Assembly (NCBI GenBank): GCA_023150835.1
Contig: JAKLKB010000009.1
Location: forward strand, 61,976-81,975
Direction: 5' to 3'
Source: Myxococcota bacterium
GTDB taxonomy: Bacteria > Myxococcota_C > UBA6777
Length of the DNA stretch: 20,000 nucleotides
Shown: piece after piece, positions 1-8,173 of the stretch
Layout: each line of letters opens with the position of its first letter
How positions within the stretch are numbered: the first letter of the stretch is position 1
The notes under the pieces: model-generated
Told to the model about the DNA's origin: nothing
The model's database searches: none
What the model saw: only the letters and a program-made list of their open reading frames with translations
Position numbers and translations under genes: made by a program

Positions 1-188
1 TCTTTGGATCGCTCGGAGGGATGGGCTTGGACAACGTGGTTTTTGACGTTGGAGGAATGGGCGCCGACAGCGAGGCTTTCGATGTTGGAACGCTTGTCGG
101 AGGGCGAGAATACGCATCCGATGCTGCCAACAAGCAGAGGCCAAGCAAGAGACCAAAGGCCCCAACCATCGGAAAATAACGCAAACAT
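1..188 (-). CDS. Possible 5' end of a gene running off the left edge (signal-peptide-like N-terminus)
   Basis: Minus-strand ATG at 188-186 reads MFALFSDGWAFGLLLGLCLLAASDAYSRPPTS..., open to the window edge. The other minus frames are also open here, so the frame is uncertain. Confidence 0.3.
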   Translation of the reverse strand, partial: MFALFSDGWGLWSLAWPLLVGSIGCVFSPSDKRSNIESLAVGAHSSNVKNHVVQAHPSERSK

Positions 189-275
189 CTCGGAATAACG
201 ATATGTAATTGGATCATTTCAATCGGCTGCTCTTTCTGTGTAGGGTTTCTGCAATATCCTGATAGGACGCGATCG

Positions 276-298
276 ATACGGGGTCAAGGGAGCCTTGC
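276..298 (+). repeat. Truncated copy of the ~125-nt structured repeat family
   Basis: ATACGGGGTCAAGGGAGCC (276-294) is identical to 19704-19722. It continues TTGC, as if the hairpin had an internal deletion. Confidence 0.7.
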
Positions 299-351
299 GA
301 CGGAGGCGTGACGTGGCCTCTCGCCCCGACACAAACAAACCCAATCAATCC

Positions 352-468
352 TACGAGATCCGCCCGTTGCGTGATCGTAAAGAGGTAGGGGCAGACAGGT
401 GTGGATGCCCAAGAATCGGGCATCTACGTACTCTCGTTTGCTGTGTACATCCCTCGGATATCGTATCA
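352..468 (+). repeat. Diverged copy of the 115-bp TIR-bounded GTAG-REP element
   Basis: TACGAGATCCGCCCGTTGCGTGATCGTAAAGAGGTAGGGGCAG...CTCGGATATCGTATCA aligns end to end with the units at 12499-12613 and 12614-12728. Confidence 0.9.
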
Positions 469-530
469 CTTCCACAAGAGAGACGGAACATCGGGGGCTT
501 GCAAGTCCTTGCGTTGAAGCGCAACCTTTG

Positions 531-611
531 GGGGTGTGGATCGGGCGTCTATGGTGTGGGGTGTGAATCGGGCGTCTATTGTATCGGTCGTGGATCGGGC
601 GTCTTTGCAAA
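531..611 (+). repeat. 3 x 27-bp imperfect tandem repeat
   Basis: ATCGGGCGTCT occurs at 540, 567 and 594 (exact 27-bp period). The same 11-mer occurs inside the 115-bp element at 12561-12571. Confidence 0.8.
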
Positions 612-649
612 GCTCCCACAACGCAACAAGAAACGAGGAAGCGAGAAAG

Positions 650-3600
650 ATGTTGAAGTGTCCGAAGAAATGGAATCCAAGGACGGCGGCGATCTGGGCA
701 TTTGTTGCATGGATCGGGATGTTTCCGATGGCAGCCTCTGCACAGGTGGCTCAAAACAAGCCTGAATTGACAAACAGCACAGCGAGCGATCCACAAGATC
801 TATTGGTGGTCTCCAAAGAACTCCCGCTCTTGCGCTGGATGATCAGTCGATTGCCCCAAGCCTACATCGATCCTGCGCAATTCGACCCGCCTCGGATGTT
901 TCGTGCAGCGTTGGAACGATTGGCTTACCATGTGACGGATATCTGGGTGGATTTCTCGGCTGAAAGCAAAGGCACGTTCACCCTCCACGTCGGCTCTCAG
1001 CGCAAAGACTTTGCGATCGGCAGCTTCTTTGGGATCTTGGATGTTTGGATCAAAGCACAAAAGATCATGCCTTTCATCAAAGAGCATTATCGGGGATCGA
1101 TGACTACGCAACAGATGGACTATTACATGGTGCAAGGCGTCCTGTCGACCTTGGACAAACAAACGCGACTGGTCGACGTGTCAGGGAGAACGAACGCCAA
1201 AAGCCTCGTACAGCCCGGGATGATCGGCATCCTGTCAGACATGAAGGAGGGAAAGCTGATCATCCAAAAGGTATATCCTGATTCACCTGCCGACCAAGCG
1301 GGCTTGTTGCGCGGCGATCAGATCGTCCAGATCAACGGCGAGCCTGTCTTGCCGACCATGACACTCGAACAATTGGTTGTAAAGCTCCGAGGGTTCCGAG
1401 GGACACGCTTGGCTCTTCATCTTTTGCGCAAGGGCTGGAAAGCCGCTCGACGCATCGTGTTGATCCGCGCCCAGATGCAAGCCCCTCTTGTGGTCGCTCA
1501 TCTGCTGCCGGGGCGGATCGCGTATATCCGTTTGCGCCAATTCAGCCAAGGCGCAACAGCGATGATCCGCGAAGAGATGGGCCGACTGCGCCGCCAGATC
1601 GAAGGCAACTTCCTTGGGCTGATCCTCGATCTTCGCGACAACCCCGGGGGTCTTGTGATCGAAGCCGTCGCGATCTGCTCGATGTTTGTAGAAAAAGGAG
1701 AGGTCACTTCGTTTGTTGGCGCTCGCATCCCACGCAAAACATACAGCGTGACCGGAAAAAACACCGAGGAAAAATATCCCCTCGCTGTCCTTCTTAATGG
1801 CCGCTCAGCTTCTGCGTCTGAATTGCTCGCAGGTGCGCTGCAAATGCACAATCGCGCCGTGATCTTGGGCCGCCAAAGCTACGGCAAAGGCACCGTCCAA
1901 AGCGCAGGACTGGCCTTGGGTGGGCGTTTTTATATGGCCGTCACCATCGCACAATACCTGATCCCGGGGGACGTCTCGATCCAAGGAGCGGGTATCCGCC
2001 CCGATATCGAACTGGTGCCTGTGCGTATCAACGCCAAAGATCCGCAGTACTACCGCTCGATGCTCAACGACCTCGAAGAACGCAAGCTGCGTTGGCCCAA
2101 ATTCCTCCAACAAAACCTTGATCTACAACGAGGAGGCGTGCGCCAACTGATGTTTTTACAAGCCGAACCCAAGCCGCTGTTGTCCCCAACCTCCCAAACG
2201 CTCCATGCGACGCCCTCTCCCAAAACCCCCGCCAAAACAACCCGCCCCCGCCAAGACAAACGCGCCAAAAAGCCGACCCCACGACGCACCCCAAAAAACA
2301 AAAAACGCCGATCTGCGGCCTTCTCTGAGGAGGATTGGCGGATGCCCAACGAACCCGAAGAACTCCGCGAAGACTTTGAGGTCTGGTTCGCCCGCCATCT
2401 TTTGCGCGCTGTCAACAGCGGACGCCGCGACGTGGCCCTACAACAAGCTGAATCCGCGATCGAACGCACGAAAAAACGCGAAGAAAAAAGGATCGTCGCC
2501 GCGCTCAAGCAATTCGGTATCGATTGGCAAGCCTCCACCAAAAAACGGAAACCCACGCGCCTACAAGCCGAACTCCACGCCGAGCCACAAAAGGCCGCAT
2601 GGAAGGTCGGGCAGCCCGTCCGCTTGCGCGTCACCCTGCGCAACCTCGGAGAAACTCCTGCCCACCGCGTCCACGCGGTTGTGTACTCGGATCTAAAAAC
2701 CTTCCAACACCGCGAACTCCTCTTGGGCCGCATCGCCCCAAAACAAACCATCACAAAAACATGGTCCTTCACCTTGCCCACCCATTATCCCACCCAACCC
2801 AACCTGCTTCGTGTCGAGATCGAAGCCGATAACGCCGAAAAGATCGCGCCCCTCTCCCTCAAAGCGCCCATCCAAGCCCCTGCTTTTCCCTCTTTTCGCC
2901 TCGCCTACCAAGTCCTCGACCACGCCCCCGACGGCAACCAAGACGGGCAACTCCAACCGGGCGAACATGCCCGCCTGCGCGTATCTCTCCAAAACATCGC
3001 AACCTCCGCAACATCCAAAAAAGCACGCCTGTCTTTGTTGATCAAAGGAGCGATCGTTCTTCGACCACAACAACCCCTCGCAGAGATCGGCCACAACCAA
3101 CAACACACCACCGATTTCTCTATCAAGATCCCCGATGCTTCGCCGATTGGACCGCTCCAAGCCGCCCTTCATCTTCACGATCCACACTCCGGCTACACCA
3201 TGCTCCATCCCATCACCCTTCAAGTCGCTCCCCCCTCTTCAACGCTCCCTATCCCCGCCAAAGGCTGGGCCGTCTTCGCCCAAAAAACCCCGATGTGGGC
3301 GCAACCCGCAACCTCCCCACTACCCGCCTTTTACGCTCCCCCTTCCACCATCCTTCCCGTGTCGATGCGCTTTGCAGGATATCTCCAAGTCCGCCTCCCC
3401 GCCCCCCCCAAAACACCGACATCCTCCCACAACACCTCTCCCGCTCCTGCTCTCCAACAGCCCGCCTTCGCTTGGGTCCGCGAAAAAGATATCCGCCTCC
3501 AAACCTCCCCCTCCCCACAAAAACCGCATCTCGAAACCGTCTACGCCATCGATCCACCACGCATCGATCTCCCCCAACATTCCCCGATCTGGACCGATCA

Positions 3601-3850
3601 CACCTCCCACACCCTCTCCACTCACATCCACTCACAACACGGAATCCTCGATGTATACGCCCTGATCAAAGATAAAAAAGTCTTCTACAAACACATCCAA
3701 CACCCTGCTTCCAAAGGCCCCCTCCAACTCCCTCTCCAATTCACTCTCCCCCTTCACCTCGGCCTCAACCACATACGCATCGTCGTACGCACAGAACGCG
3801 GCACCTTTCTTCGCCACACCCACCTCTTCCGCAACCCTCCACCCAAATAA
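650..3850 (+). CDS. Secreted S41-family carboxyl-terminal protease with PDZ domain and long C-terminal beta-sandwich (CARDB/Ig-like) extension; resembles the large myxobacterial S41 proteases
   Basis: PDZ (SPADQAGLLRGDQIVQING), LDLRDNPGG, catalytic Ser motif SASASE and Lys motif SYGKGTVQ. Start moved from 536 to ATG 650, which has GAGGA at 635-639 and gives a signal peptide ending AASA-Q; the extra 38 codons lie largely in the tandem repeat. Confidence 0.9.
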   Translation: MLKCPKKWNPRTAAIWAFVAWIGMFPMAASAQVAQNKPELTNSTASDPQDLLVVSKELPLLRWMISRLPQAYIDPAQFDPPRMFRAALERLAYHVTDIWVDFSAESKGTFTLHVGSQRKDFAIGSFFGILDVWIKAQKIMPFIKEHYRGSMTTQQMDYYMVQGVLSTLDKQTRLVDVSGRTNAKSLVQPGMIGILSDMKEGKLIIQKVYPDSPADQAGLLRGDQIVQINGEPVLPTMTLEQLVVKLRGFRGTRLALHLLRKGWKAARRIVLIRAQMQAPLVVAHLLPGRIAYIRLRQFSQGATAMIREEMGRLRRQIEGNFLGLILDLRDNPGGLVIEAVAICSMFVEKGEVTSFVGARIPRKTYSVTGKNTEEKYPLAVLLNGRSASASELLAGALQMHNRAVILGRQSYGKGTVQSAGLALGGRFYMAVTIAQYLIPGDVSIQGAGIRPDIELVPVRINAKDPQYYRSMLNDLEERKLRWPKFLQQNLDLQRGGVRQLMFLQAEPKPLLSPTSQTLHATPSPKTPAKTTRPRQDKRAKKPTPRRTPKNKKRRSAAFSEEDWRMPNEPEELREDFEVWFARHLLRAVNSGRRDVALQQAESAIERTKKREEKRIVAALKQFGIDWQASTKKRKPTRLQAELHAEPQKAAWKVGQPVRLRVTLRNLGETPAHRVHAVVYSDLKTFQHRELLLGRIAPKQTITKTWSFTLPTHYPTQPNLLRVEIEADNAEKIAPLSLKAPIQAPAFPSFRLAYQVLDHAPDGNQDGQLQPGEHARLRVSLQNIATSATSKKARLSLLIKGAIVLRPQQPLAEIGHNQQHTTDFSIKIPDASPIGPLQAALHLHDPHSGYTMLHPITLQVAPPSSTLPIPAKGWAVFAQKTPMWAQPATSPLPAFYAPPSTILPVSMRFAGYLQVRLPAPPKTPTSSHNTSPAPALQQPAFAWVREKDIRLQTSPSPQKPHLETVYAIDPPRIDLPQHSPIWTDHTSHTLSTHIHSQHGILDVYALIKDKKVFYKHIQHPASKGPLQLPLQFTLPLHLGLNHIRIVVRTERGTFLRHTHLFRNPPPK

Positions 3851-3992
3851 CCCCTCGCGATCTTGTCGTGATCTTCGTGTTGTATCCTGCAACCCAACCC
3901 AAAGACCCACAAAAAAAGTCTTGAAGAAACAAATCGCTATCTGCTACATTCTCTCTTGCAAACACCTCCCAAAAAAGTTTTTCAAAAACAGT

Positions 3993-4020
3993 GGAAACTT
4001 CTTTGAGAGGCACGCGATAA
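3993..4020 (+). promoter_or_regulatory. Candidate alternative-sigma promoter (ECF- or sigma28-like) for the 4090 gene
   Basis: GGAAAC-N16-CGAT, also readable as GAAA-N15-CGCGATAA, in an AT-rich intergenic region about 70 bp upstream of the ATG. It is an imperfect match to either consensus. Confidence 0.3.
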
Positions 4021-4089
4021 TGAAAGTGTCAAATCGAGCGAAGTGCAAAAACGTACAAATCAAACCAATCACTTGTAAGGAGAGACACC

Positions 4090-4608
4090 ATGTCTATCGG
4101 CGGCATCAATAACAATGGCTTGACCCCCCAACTCAAAATGAACGTCGGAAACACCGCTGACGTCAAACAAACCCAACACAAAAGCTTTGGCGCTCACCTC
4201 GCTGGTGGCCTCAGCACCGCTGCAAGTGCTGTCGGCGGCGCCGCTGCCATGGCTCTCCCCAACATCCCCGGTGGCGCTGTCCTCTCCGCTGCAATGTCCG
4301 GCGCTCAAAACGTCGGCACCGGCAGCGCAGCCCTGACAGGCGCTGGCGCTACCACAGGCACCAACCCCCTCTCCGCTGCCACGGGTTCCGCAAGCAGCGC
4401 AACCTCCGCTATCCCGGGCGCTTCGAGCGGCTTGAACTCCCAATTCGACCAAAGCAAGCAAATGTTCGAAATGCAAGCTGGCTTCAACATGAAGTTCCTT
4501 GAACTCCAAAACAACATGCAACAAGAATCGCGTACCTTTACTGCGGTCTCCAACATGATGAAAAACCGCACCGATACCGCGAAAAACTCCCTCCGTAACA
4601 TCAACTAA
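4090..4608 (+). CDS. Gly/Ala/Ser-rich 172-aa protein with T3SS needle/inner-rod-like C-terminal helical hairpin
   Basis: Strong RBS (AAGGAG, 4077-4082) and C-ending codon bias. No Sec signal. C-terminus KFLELQNNMQQESRTFTAVSNMMKNRTDTAKNSLRNIN. Confidence 0.75.
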   Translation: MSIGGINNNGLTPQLKMNVGNTADVKQTQHKSFGAHLAGGLSTAASAVGGAAAMALPNIPGGAVLSAAMSGAQNVGTGSAALTGAGATTGTNPLSAATGSASSATSAIPGASSGLNSQFDQSKQMFEMQAGFNMKFLELQNNMQQESRTFTAVSNMMKNRTDTAKNSLRNIN

Positions 4609-4663
4609 TCTCTTCTCTGCCCCTCTCTCCTGTCCCCCTCTCTTCTCTGCCCCGTCTCTCTCG

Positions 4664-4771
4664 TCCCGTCTCCCCAAAAAACCGTGTTCGCAGCCCTCCC
4701 AAACAATCACGTTGCTTCTCTCCCGTCTCCCCAAAAAGCCGTGTTCGTAGCCCTCCAAAACAGCCACGTTG
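4664..4771 (+). repeat. Tandem duplication, 2 x 51 bp at a 57-bp period, covering the 5' part of the structured repeat
   Basis: TCCCGTCTCCCCAAAAARCCGTGTTCGYAGCCCTCCMAAACARYCACGTTG at 4664-4714 and 4721-4771. It is preceded by TCTCTTCTCTGCCCC twice (4609, 4639). Confidence 0.85.
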
Positions 4772-4856
4772 TGGGGTTGAAAAACGTCTGTTCGCCCCAT
4801 CAACACGGGGTCAAGGGGGCCGCGACCCCTTGCGGGGCGTGGGGCAGCGCCCCACA
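4731..4856 (+). repeat. ~125-nt structured dispersed repeat, copy A
   Basis: Closing stem CCGTGTT (4739-4745) / AACACGG (4802-4808), then hairpins CAAGGGG..CCCCTTG and GTGGGGC-AGC-GCCCCAC. Confidence 0.85.
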
Positions 4857-4882
4857 AAACAGAGCCACGACACACACCACTC

Positions 4883-4929
4883 GGATATTTGGAGATAAGG
4901 ATATTCGGAGACAGGGATATCTGCGGAGA
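4883..4929 (+). repeat. 3 x ~16-bp direct repeat GGATAT..GGAGA downstream of sucD
   Basis: GGATAT starts at 4883, 4899 and 4915, each followed by GGAGA. Confidence 0.65.
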
Positions 4930-4943
4930 AAAGGGGGGGAGGG

Positions 4944-5837
4944 TTAGCGAAGGAGACCGCGTTCGAGCAATTGCTCTTTCATGGCGACGCCCATGTGGGA
5001 GGGAGTGGGAGCGACGCGGATGTGGGCGGCTTCAAGGATCTTGATCTTGGCGTCAGCGGTGTCATTTCCGCCAGAGATGATCGCGCCTGCGTGACCCATA
5101 CGGCGACCGGGAGGAGCGGCTTTTCCAGCGATAAACGCTGCGACGGGCTTGGTCATCTTTTCTTTGATGAATTGAGCGGCTTTCACTTCGGCGTTTCCGC
5201 CGATCTCGCCGATCATGATCACGCCATCGGTGTTGGGATCGGCTTCAAAGAGCGCAAGAGCATCGATGAATTGCGTACCGATCACAGGATCTCCGCCGAT
5301 CCCGATACAGGTCGACTGACCGATCCCAAGCTGCGTGAGTTGGAAGACCGCTTCGTAAGTCAAGGTTCCCGAACGGCTGATCACGCCGATACGACCGGGC
5401 TTATGGATCTGTGCGGGCATGATCCCGATCTTGCATCTTTCGCCCGGGGTAATAATCCCCGGACAGTTGGGGCCGATCATGCGAACGCCTTTGGCATCCA
5501 AGACGGGCTTGACTTTGACCATATCAAGGATGGGGATCCCTTCGGTGATCACCACGACCAAAGAGACGCCAGAATCGGCGGCTTCGAGGATCGCGTCGGC
5601 GGCGAATTTGGGGGGAACAAAGATCATCGAGGCATTTGCGCCTGTTTCTTTGACCGCATCGCGAACGGTGTGGAAGATGGGAACTTTTTCTTCAAAGAGT
5701 TGGCCGCCTTTTCCGGGGGTGACGCCTGCAACGACGTTGGTTCCGAAGGCCATACATTGCCGCGTATGAAAGGAGCCAGCGGAGCCGGTGATCCCCTGAA
5801 CGACGAGGCGAGTGTCTTTTCCTACAAGGATGCTCAT
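4944..5837 (-). CDS. sucD: Succinyl-CoA synthetase alpha subunit
   Basis: [44 protein letters not shown] and phospho-His motif RMGHAGA. Confidence 0.98.
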   Translation of the reverse strand: MSILVGKDTRLVVQGITGSAGSFHTRQCMAFGTNVVAGVTPGKGGQLFEEKVPIFHTVRDAVKETGANASMIFVPPKFAADAILEAADSGVSLVVVITEGIPILDMVKVKPVLDAKGVRMIGPNCPGIITPGERCKIGIMPAQIHKPGRIGVISRSGTLTYEAVFQLTQLGIGQSTCIGIGGDPVIGTQFIDALALFEADPNTDGVIMIGEIGGNAEVKAAQFIKEKMTKPVAAFIAGKAAPPGRRMGHAGAIISGGNDTADAKIKILEAAHIRVAPTPSHMGVAMKEQLLERGLLR

Positions 5838-5849
5838 GTCACGGTCTCC

Positions 5850-7019
5850 TTATGCGCCAATCGCTTTGACGATCTTTTGTGCGGCGTCGTTGAGGTCGTC
5901 GGCGGAAACGATGGCCAGTCCGCTATCGTTTAGCATACTCTTTCCGAGGTCGACGTTGGTTCCTTCGAGGCGAACCACGAGGGGGACGGTCATCTGGATC
6001 TGTTTGGCGGCAGCGATCACAGCGGCGGCGATCACATCGCACTTCATAATCCCACCAAAGATATTCACGAGGATGCCTTTGACGTGGGGATCGGAGAGGA
6101 TGATCTTAAAGCCTTCGGTGACGGCTTCTTGGCTTGCGGAACCACCGACATCAAGGAAGTTGGCGGGTTCACCGCCATGATGCTTGATGATATCCATCGT
6201 GGACATCGCAAGCCCGGCACCGTTGACGAGACATCCGATGTTTCCGTCCAATTTGACGTAGGACAGCTCGAACTTGGCGGCTTGGATCTCGGTGGGTTCT
6301 TCTTCGTCGAGGTCGCGCAGTTCGGCCCACTCGGGATGGCGAAAACCTGCGTTGTCATCGAAGTTGATCTTGCCGTCGAGCGCGAGCAATCCGCCTTCTT
6401 TGGTCAAGACCAAAGGGTTGATCTCAAACAGCGATGCGTCTTCTTGGACATAAGCGTTATAACAACCCAAGACCACGTTTCGGAAGTCTTTGGCGGCGGA
6501 CTTGGGAAGCCCCAGATCAAAAAACAGTTGATTGATCTGATAATCGCCCACACCTGTTGCAGGATCGATCTGGGCCTTTAAGATCTTTTCGGGGGTTTTG
6601 GCAGCGACTTCTTCGATATCCATCCCACCTTCGGTAGACGCCATGATCGTGACACGCGAAGTCTCACGATCAAGCACCATCCCAAAGTAGTACTCGTGTT
6701 GGATATTGCAGCCGTCTTCGATCAGCAGACGCTTGACCAGTTGGCCTTGTGGACCTGTCTGATGCGTGATCAACGTCATGCCGAGGATGGCCTTGCTGTG
6801 CGCGATCGCCTCGTCAAGCGTACCAGCCAGCTTCACTCCGCCGCCTTTTCCGCGCCCACCTGCGTGGATCTGCGCCTTGACAACGACCTTTTTGTCGCCG
6901 ACGCCGAGCTGCTTTGCTACGGCGGTGGCCTCTTCCACAGAAAAGGCGACTTGCCCGTTGGGTACGGGTACACCGTATTTTTTCAAGAGTGCTTTGGCCT
7001 GATATTCATGGATCTTCAA
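5850..7019 (-). CDS. sucC: Succinyl-CoA synthetase beta subunit
   Basis: [56 protein letters not shown]. Likely TTG start at 7019 behind an AGGAGG RBS, not the 7121 start in the ORF track. Confidence 0.97.
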   Translation of the reverse strand: MKIHEYQAKALLKKYGVPVPNGQVAFSVEEATAVAKQLGVGDKKVVVKAQIHAGGRGKGGGVKLAGTLDEAIAHSKAILGMTLITHQTGPQGQLVKRLLIEDGCNIQHEYYFGMVLDRETSRVTIMASTEGGMDIEEVAAKTPEKILKAQIDPATGVGDYQINQLFFDLGLPKSAAKDFRNVVLGCYNAYVQEDASLFEINPLVLTKEGGLLALDGKINFDDNAGFRHPEWAELRDLDEEEPTEIQAAKFELSYVKLDGNIGCLVNGAGLAMSTMDIIKHHGGEPANFLDVGGSASQEAVTEGFKIILSDPHVKGILVNIFGGIMKCDVIAAAVIAAAKQIQMTVPLVVRLEGTNVDLGKSMLNDSGLAIVSADDLNDAAQKIVKAIGA

Positions 7020-7044
7020 GATATCCTCCTTCTTGGATTGGCCT

Positions 7045-7752
7045 TCAAAGAATGATCTCGCCTGTCGAGGCGCGTTGGTGTTTTTGAGAAGTGTGGTAGG
7101 CATGAAAGATATCGCGGCCAAAGGCGTCGACCGCGATCAAAGCAGGGAAAAGAGAGACTTTAATTCGGCGAATCGCCTCCAAACCCAGATCAGGATAGGC
7201 GACGATCTCGGATTGAAGAACACAACGCGCAAGCAAGGCTCCCGCCCCACCGGGCGCATGGAGATACAATCCATGACCTCGCTTGATCGCCTCGATCACG
7301 TCGTGGTTTCGGGGCCCGTACCCCACAACGCAACGCACACCCGCCGCCAACAAATGGATCGCAACACGATTAAAGGGGGCGCTGATCTCTGGATCAAAAC
7401 TACCGATCACCTTCCCAAAAGGCGCAGGACTCGGCGTAGAAAAATAAATGGACTGTTGTTCGAGAGGAATCGCTGTGGGCAGCCCTTGTTTGATCTCTGA
7501 AACCAAGCGCTGCCCGGCAAGATGCCCCATGCTGTACATCGTACCTTCCAACCAAACCCAATGACCTGCACGCAATCCCGCAAGAACATGATCCTGAAAC
7601 GGAAGTTCCAGACGCAGCGGCGTCATATCTTCTGTCTTGGCGTTGACATGCGCAGTCGCCGAAGGGATCGCAGGCAGTTGATCCTCTGTCGGAGTCTCCA
7701 AGGTATCGTTGCGGGTCCCCTCTGTTTCGGCTTGTTGAGAAGGAGAAGCCAT
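7045..7752 (-). CDS. Class I (Fe-S) fumarate/tartrate hydratase beta-subunit (C-terminal domain) homologue, active-site motifs degenerate
   Basis: [48 protein letters not shown] match the family scaffold. Same strand as sucC, with a 25-bp gap. Confidence 0.85.
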   Translation of the reverse strand: MASPSQQAETEGTRNDTLETPTEDQLPAIPSATAHVNAKTEDMTPLRLELPFQDHVLAGLRAGHWVWLEGTMYSMGHLAGQRLVSEIKQGLPTAIPLEQQSIYFSTPSPAPFGKVIGSFDPEISAPFNRVAIHLLAAGVRCVVGYGPRNHDVIEAIKRGHGLYLHAPGGAGALLARCVLQSEIVAYPDLGLEAIRRIKVSLFPALIAVDAFGRDIFHAYHTSQKHQRASTGEIIL

Positions 7753-7922
7753 GATTGATCTAACCTATATTTGTCTTTCGTCGCGGAAGTTGATTTGTTT
7801 TTGAGAAGGAACGAGAAACGCAGCCAACGGCCCGAAGAACGCGCTCGAACCCCACACCAATCCGCCACAGCAGGCAGACCGTACGCCTCGCACACGCCCC
7901 AAAAAGCGCGTCCCAAAACGCA

Positions 7923-7939
7923 CGTCCAAAGTTTGGACG
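7923..7939. promoter_or_regulatory. Perfect 17-bp palindrome, putative transcription-factor site in a divergent intergenic region
   Basis: CGTCCAAA-G-TTTGGACG. The 1-nt centre argues for a dsDNA operator rather than a hairpin. Confidence 0.5.
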
Positions 7940-8173
7940 CACTCTTAGCACAGCAACCTCCCCCTGTAAAGCATCCAAAAACAGCTTTGTGGGTTGACCT
8001 CAAGCCGTCCTTGCAAGCACAATAGAAAACAGACGGCAGCAGCGTAGGACGGCGGGAAGCCCCGAGAACCCACCACACCCAAGTCAAACGAAGCGGCCTT
8101 GTGTGCTGAGAGATCGACAGAAAGCGATGCGTTAAACGAGTGATCGTGCGAGCGTTGGGAGAACAAAGCGACC

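Noticed and set aside
536-649. N-terminal 38 aa of the S41 ORF
   Set aside because: Largely encoded by the 27-bp tandem repeat. The RBS and signal peptide fit ATG 650.
214-796. Short ORFs across the repeats (also 4684-4947, 12446-12875, 19767-19976)
   Set aside because: They are translations of non-coding repeat elements and lack RBS or domain support.
4008-4023. Sigma54 promoter upstream of the 4090 gene (AGGCACG)
   Set aside because: The -12 position reads AATG, so the required GC is absent.
4971-5933. 320-aa plus-strand ORF and the many other antisense or overlapping ORFs
   Set aside because: Shadows of well-supported genes in GC-rich DNA with no recognisable motifs.
7020-7121. N-terminal extension of SucC
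   Set aside because: It overlaps the upstream gene. AGGAGG plus TTG at 7019 gives the canonical MKIHEYQ start.
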